A stretch of DNA of 63,787 nucleotides, filler included, from Lenisia limosa (Eukaryota > Protista > Breviatea): the NCBI GenBank assembly GCA_001655205.1. It is 11 parts of 11 records of this genome, joined end to end, with 100 filler letters (N's around TTAATTAATTAA, not from the genome) between each part and the next. Parts side by side here need not be neighbours in the genome. Positions count along the whole stretch, not along the records: positions 56,100 to 63,787 come from LPNZ01011010.1; 10 more parts are not named here. One strand, given 5' to 3'. Position numbers and translations under genes: made by a program. Position 1 is the stretch's first letter. The number at the start of each line of letters is the position of its first letter. The notes below the pieces were generated by a model that saw only the letters and a list, made by a program, of their open reading frames with translations, ran no database searches and was not told the DNA's origin. This document shows, piece by piece, positions 62,379 through 63,787 of this stretch.

Positions 62379-63186
62379 CTACTCCTCAACAACTTCCTCA
62401 GTATTGGTCTCTTTAGGTGCTTCCTCGGCCTTTTCAGCCTCCTTTTTCAACGCCCTCTCATTTCGCTTTTTTTCTTTCTTTTGCTGAGGGGGGGGGGGGA
62501 GTAAAATTGAAAAATGGTAATTGAGAATAAACTACGATTAAAACAACCTCAATCATTCAATTTGTACAAGAAAAGAACTCAATAATCATTATTTGTAGCA
62601 GAACAAAGCCATTTCATAATCACTTATCAAAAGATAACAATAATAATTGTAAGTAGCAATCGAACTAAGGTGTTGTTAGTGATAATTAAAAATTTTCAAA
62701 GAGTTGCGATAATCCTGAGACCAACCTGTCTTGTGCTTGAGGGGTCGGCGCTTGGTTTGACTCGAGTTTTGTCGTCGAGGTCCGAGGGGGATTCCAACAT
62801 CAGGGTAACCGGTCCATCATTAACTTAATGCATAAGACTTTTGGCTTACCCCCCAGATTATTGATGAACAAAGTTCACGGGAGTGTATCAATTAGTTACG
62901 TCAATCATTCGGAAAGGAAATCATAAAGTAAAGGTATTGATTGTACTCTCCCTCCCCACCCGCACCAAACTGGCCAGCTCCCCTCCCCACCAAGTGCGAC
63001 GTCCATCATCGCACCAAACTGGCCAGCTGTTATGTGAGAGTAAACTTAAAATGAGTTCCAAAGATAGGCTATATGAAAAGGCTGAATTTCCGAAAGGAAT
63101 ATTGATTACAACGGTGTGTGATGATCCTACTTTGTACTTTGTCTTCCTTATACTGCGACCGAATGTGGGCTACAAACTTGTCAAAC
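62379..63186 (-). CDS. DTD1: D-aminoacyl-tRNA deacylase, 3' part with charged C-terminal tail
   Basis: Exons 63131-63186, 62991-63026, ~62727-62825, 62379-62484: FDKFVAHIRSQYKEDKVQ|TGQFGAMMDVAL|VNDGPVTLMLES...; signature NDGPVT. Confidence 0.92.
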
Positions 63187-63787
63187 CTGAAGGAAGGTCA
63201 TCAACATCCTTTCAATCTGTGGTAGATTGTGTGTAATATATACAATTATAATACATGCATATGTGGGTCCTCAAAGCTCCGGACATCATTCAAAATTCCC
63301 GGACACATCAAAACTCCCNNNNNNNNNNNNNNNNNNNNNNNNNNNNNNNNNNNNNNNNNNNNNNNNNNNNNNNNNNNNNNNNNNNNNNNNNNNNNNNNNN
63401 NNNNNNNNNNNNNNNNNNNNNNNNNNNNNNNNNNNNNNNNNNNNNNNNNNNNNNNNNNNNNNNNNNNNNNNNNNNNNNNNNNNNNNNNNNNNNNNNNNNN
63501 NNNNNNNNNNNNNNNNNNNNNNNNNNNNNNNNNNNNNNNNNNNNNNNNNNNNNNNNNNNNNNNNNNNNNNNNNNNNNNNNNNNNNNNNNNNNNNNNNNNN
63601 NNNNNNNNNNNNNNNNNNNNAAAGTAATGGTGAATTTTGAGGAAAAAATGCTAAAAATAGCACTGTCTACAGGGTTAAACTTTCCCGGATAGATGCCATT
63701 TATTCCTTGAATGTGGCCTTTTTTCAGGGTTTTTGCTTGTTTTTGACCGTTTTTGGACCGTAAATAGAGAGCTTAGGGACTTAATTT

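Overview
AT-rich, intron-dense eukaryotic DNA; a DRC1 fragment points to a flagellated or ancestrally flagellated lineage, probably a protist. It is not one locus. Ten identical 100-bp spacers (44 N + TTAATTAATTAA + 44 N) join 11 short contigs: 1-5849, 5950-13098, 13199-17567, 17668-21905, 22006-25101, 25202-27019, 27120-33007, 33108-41839, 41940-43989, 44090-55999, 56100-63787. Adjacency across spacers therefore has no biological meaning. Genes recognised by manual splicing, mostly partial: 6-phosphogluconate dehydrogenase head-to-head with AP-3 delta; a Cys-rich GCC2/GCC3-type surface protein; an intron-rich oligopeptidase B; VPS52; PRP39; a divergent DRC1; tRNA-Ser(AGA); an RCC1-repeat protein; D-aminoacyl-tRNA deacylase; a probable RING protein; two orphan genes with long E/K-rich helical segments. 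Standard code and GT-AG introns (about 30 nt to over 1 kb). The most unusual signal is intron architecture. G-tracts sit just after 5' splice sites and C-tracts just before 3' splice sites. A ~150-bp hairpin-containing repeat family lies in introns, almost always sense to the host gene and ending at or near the acceptor AG. Several TA-flanked MITE families and a transposon-debris region (44.1-51.9 kb) are also present. All assignments come from reading motifs by eye; no searches were run.
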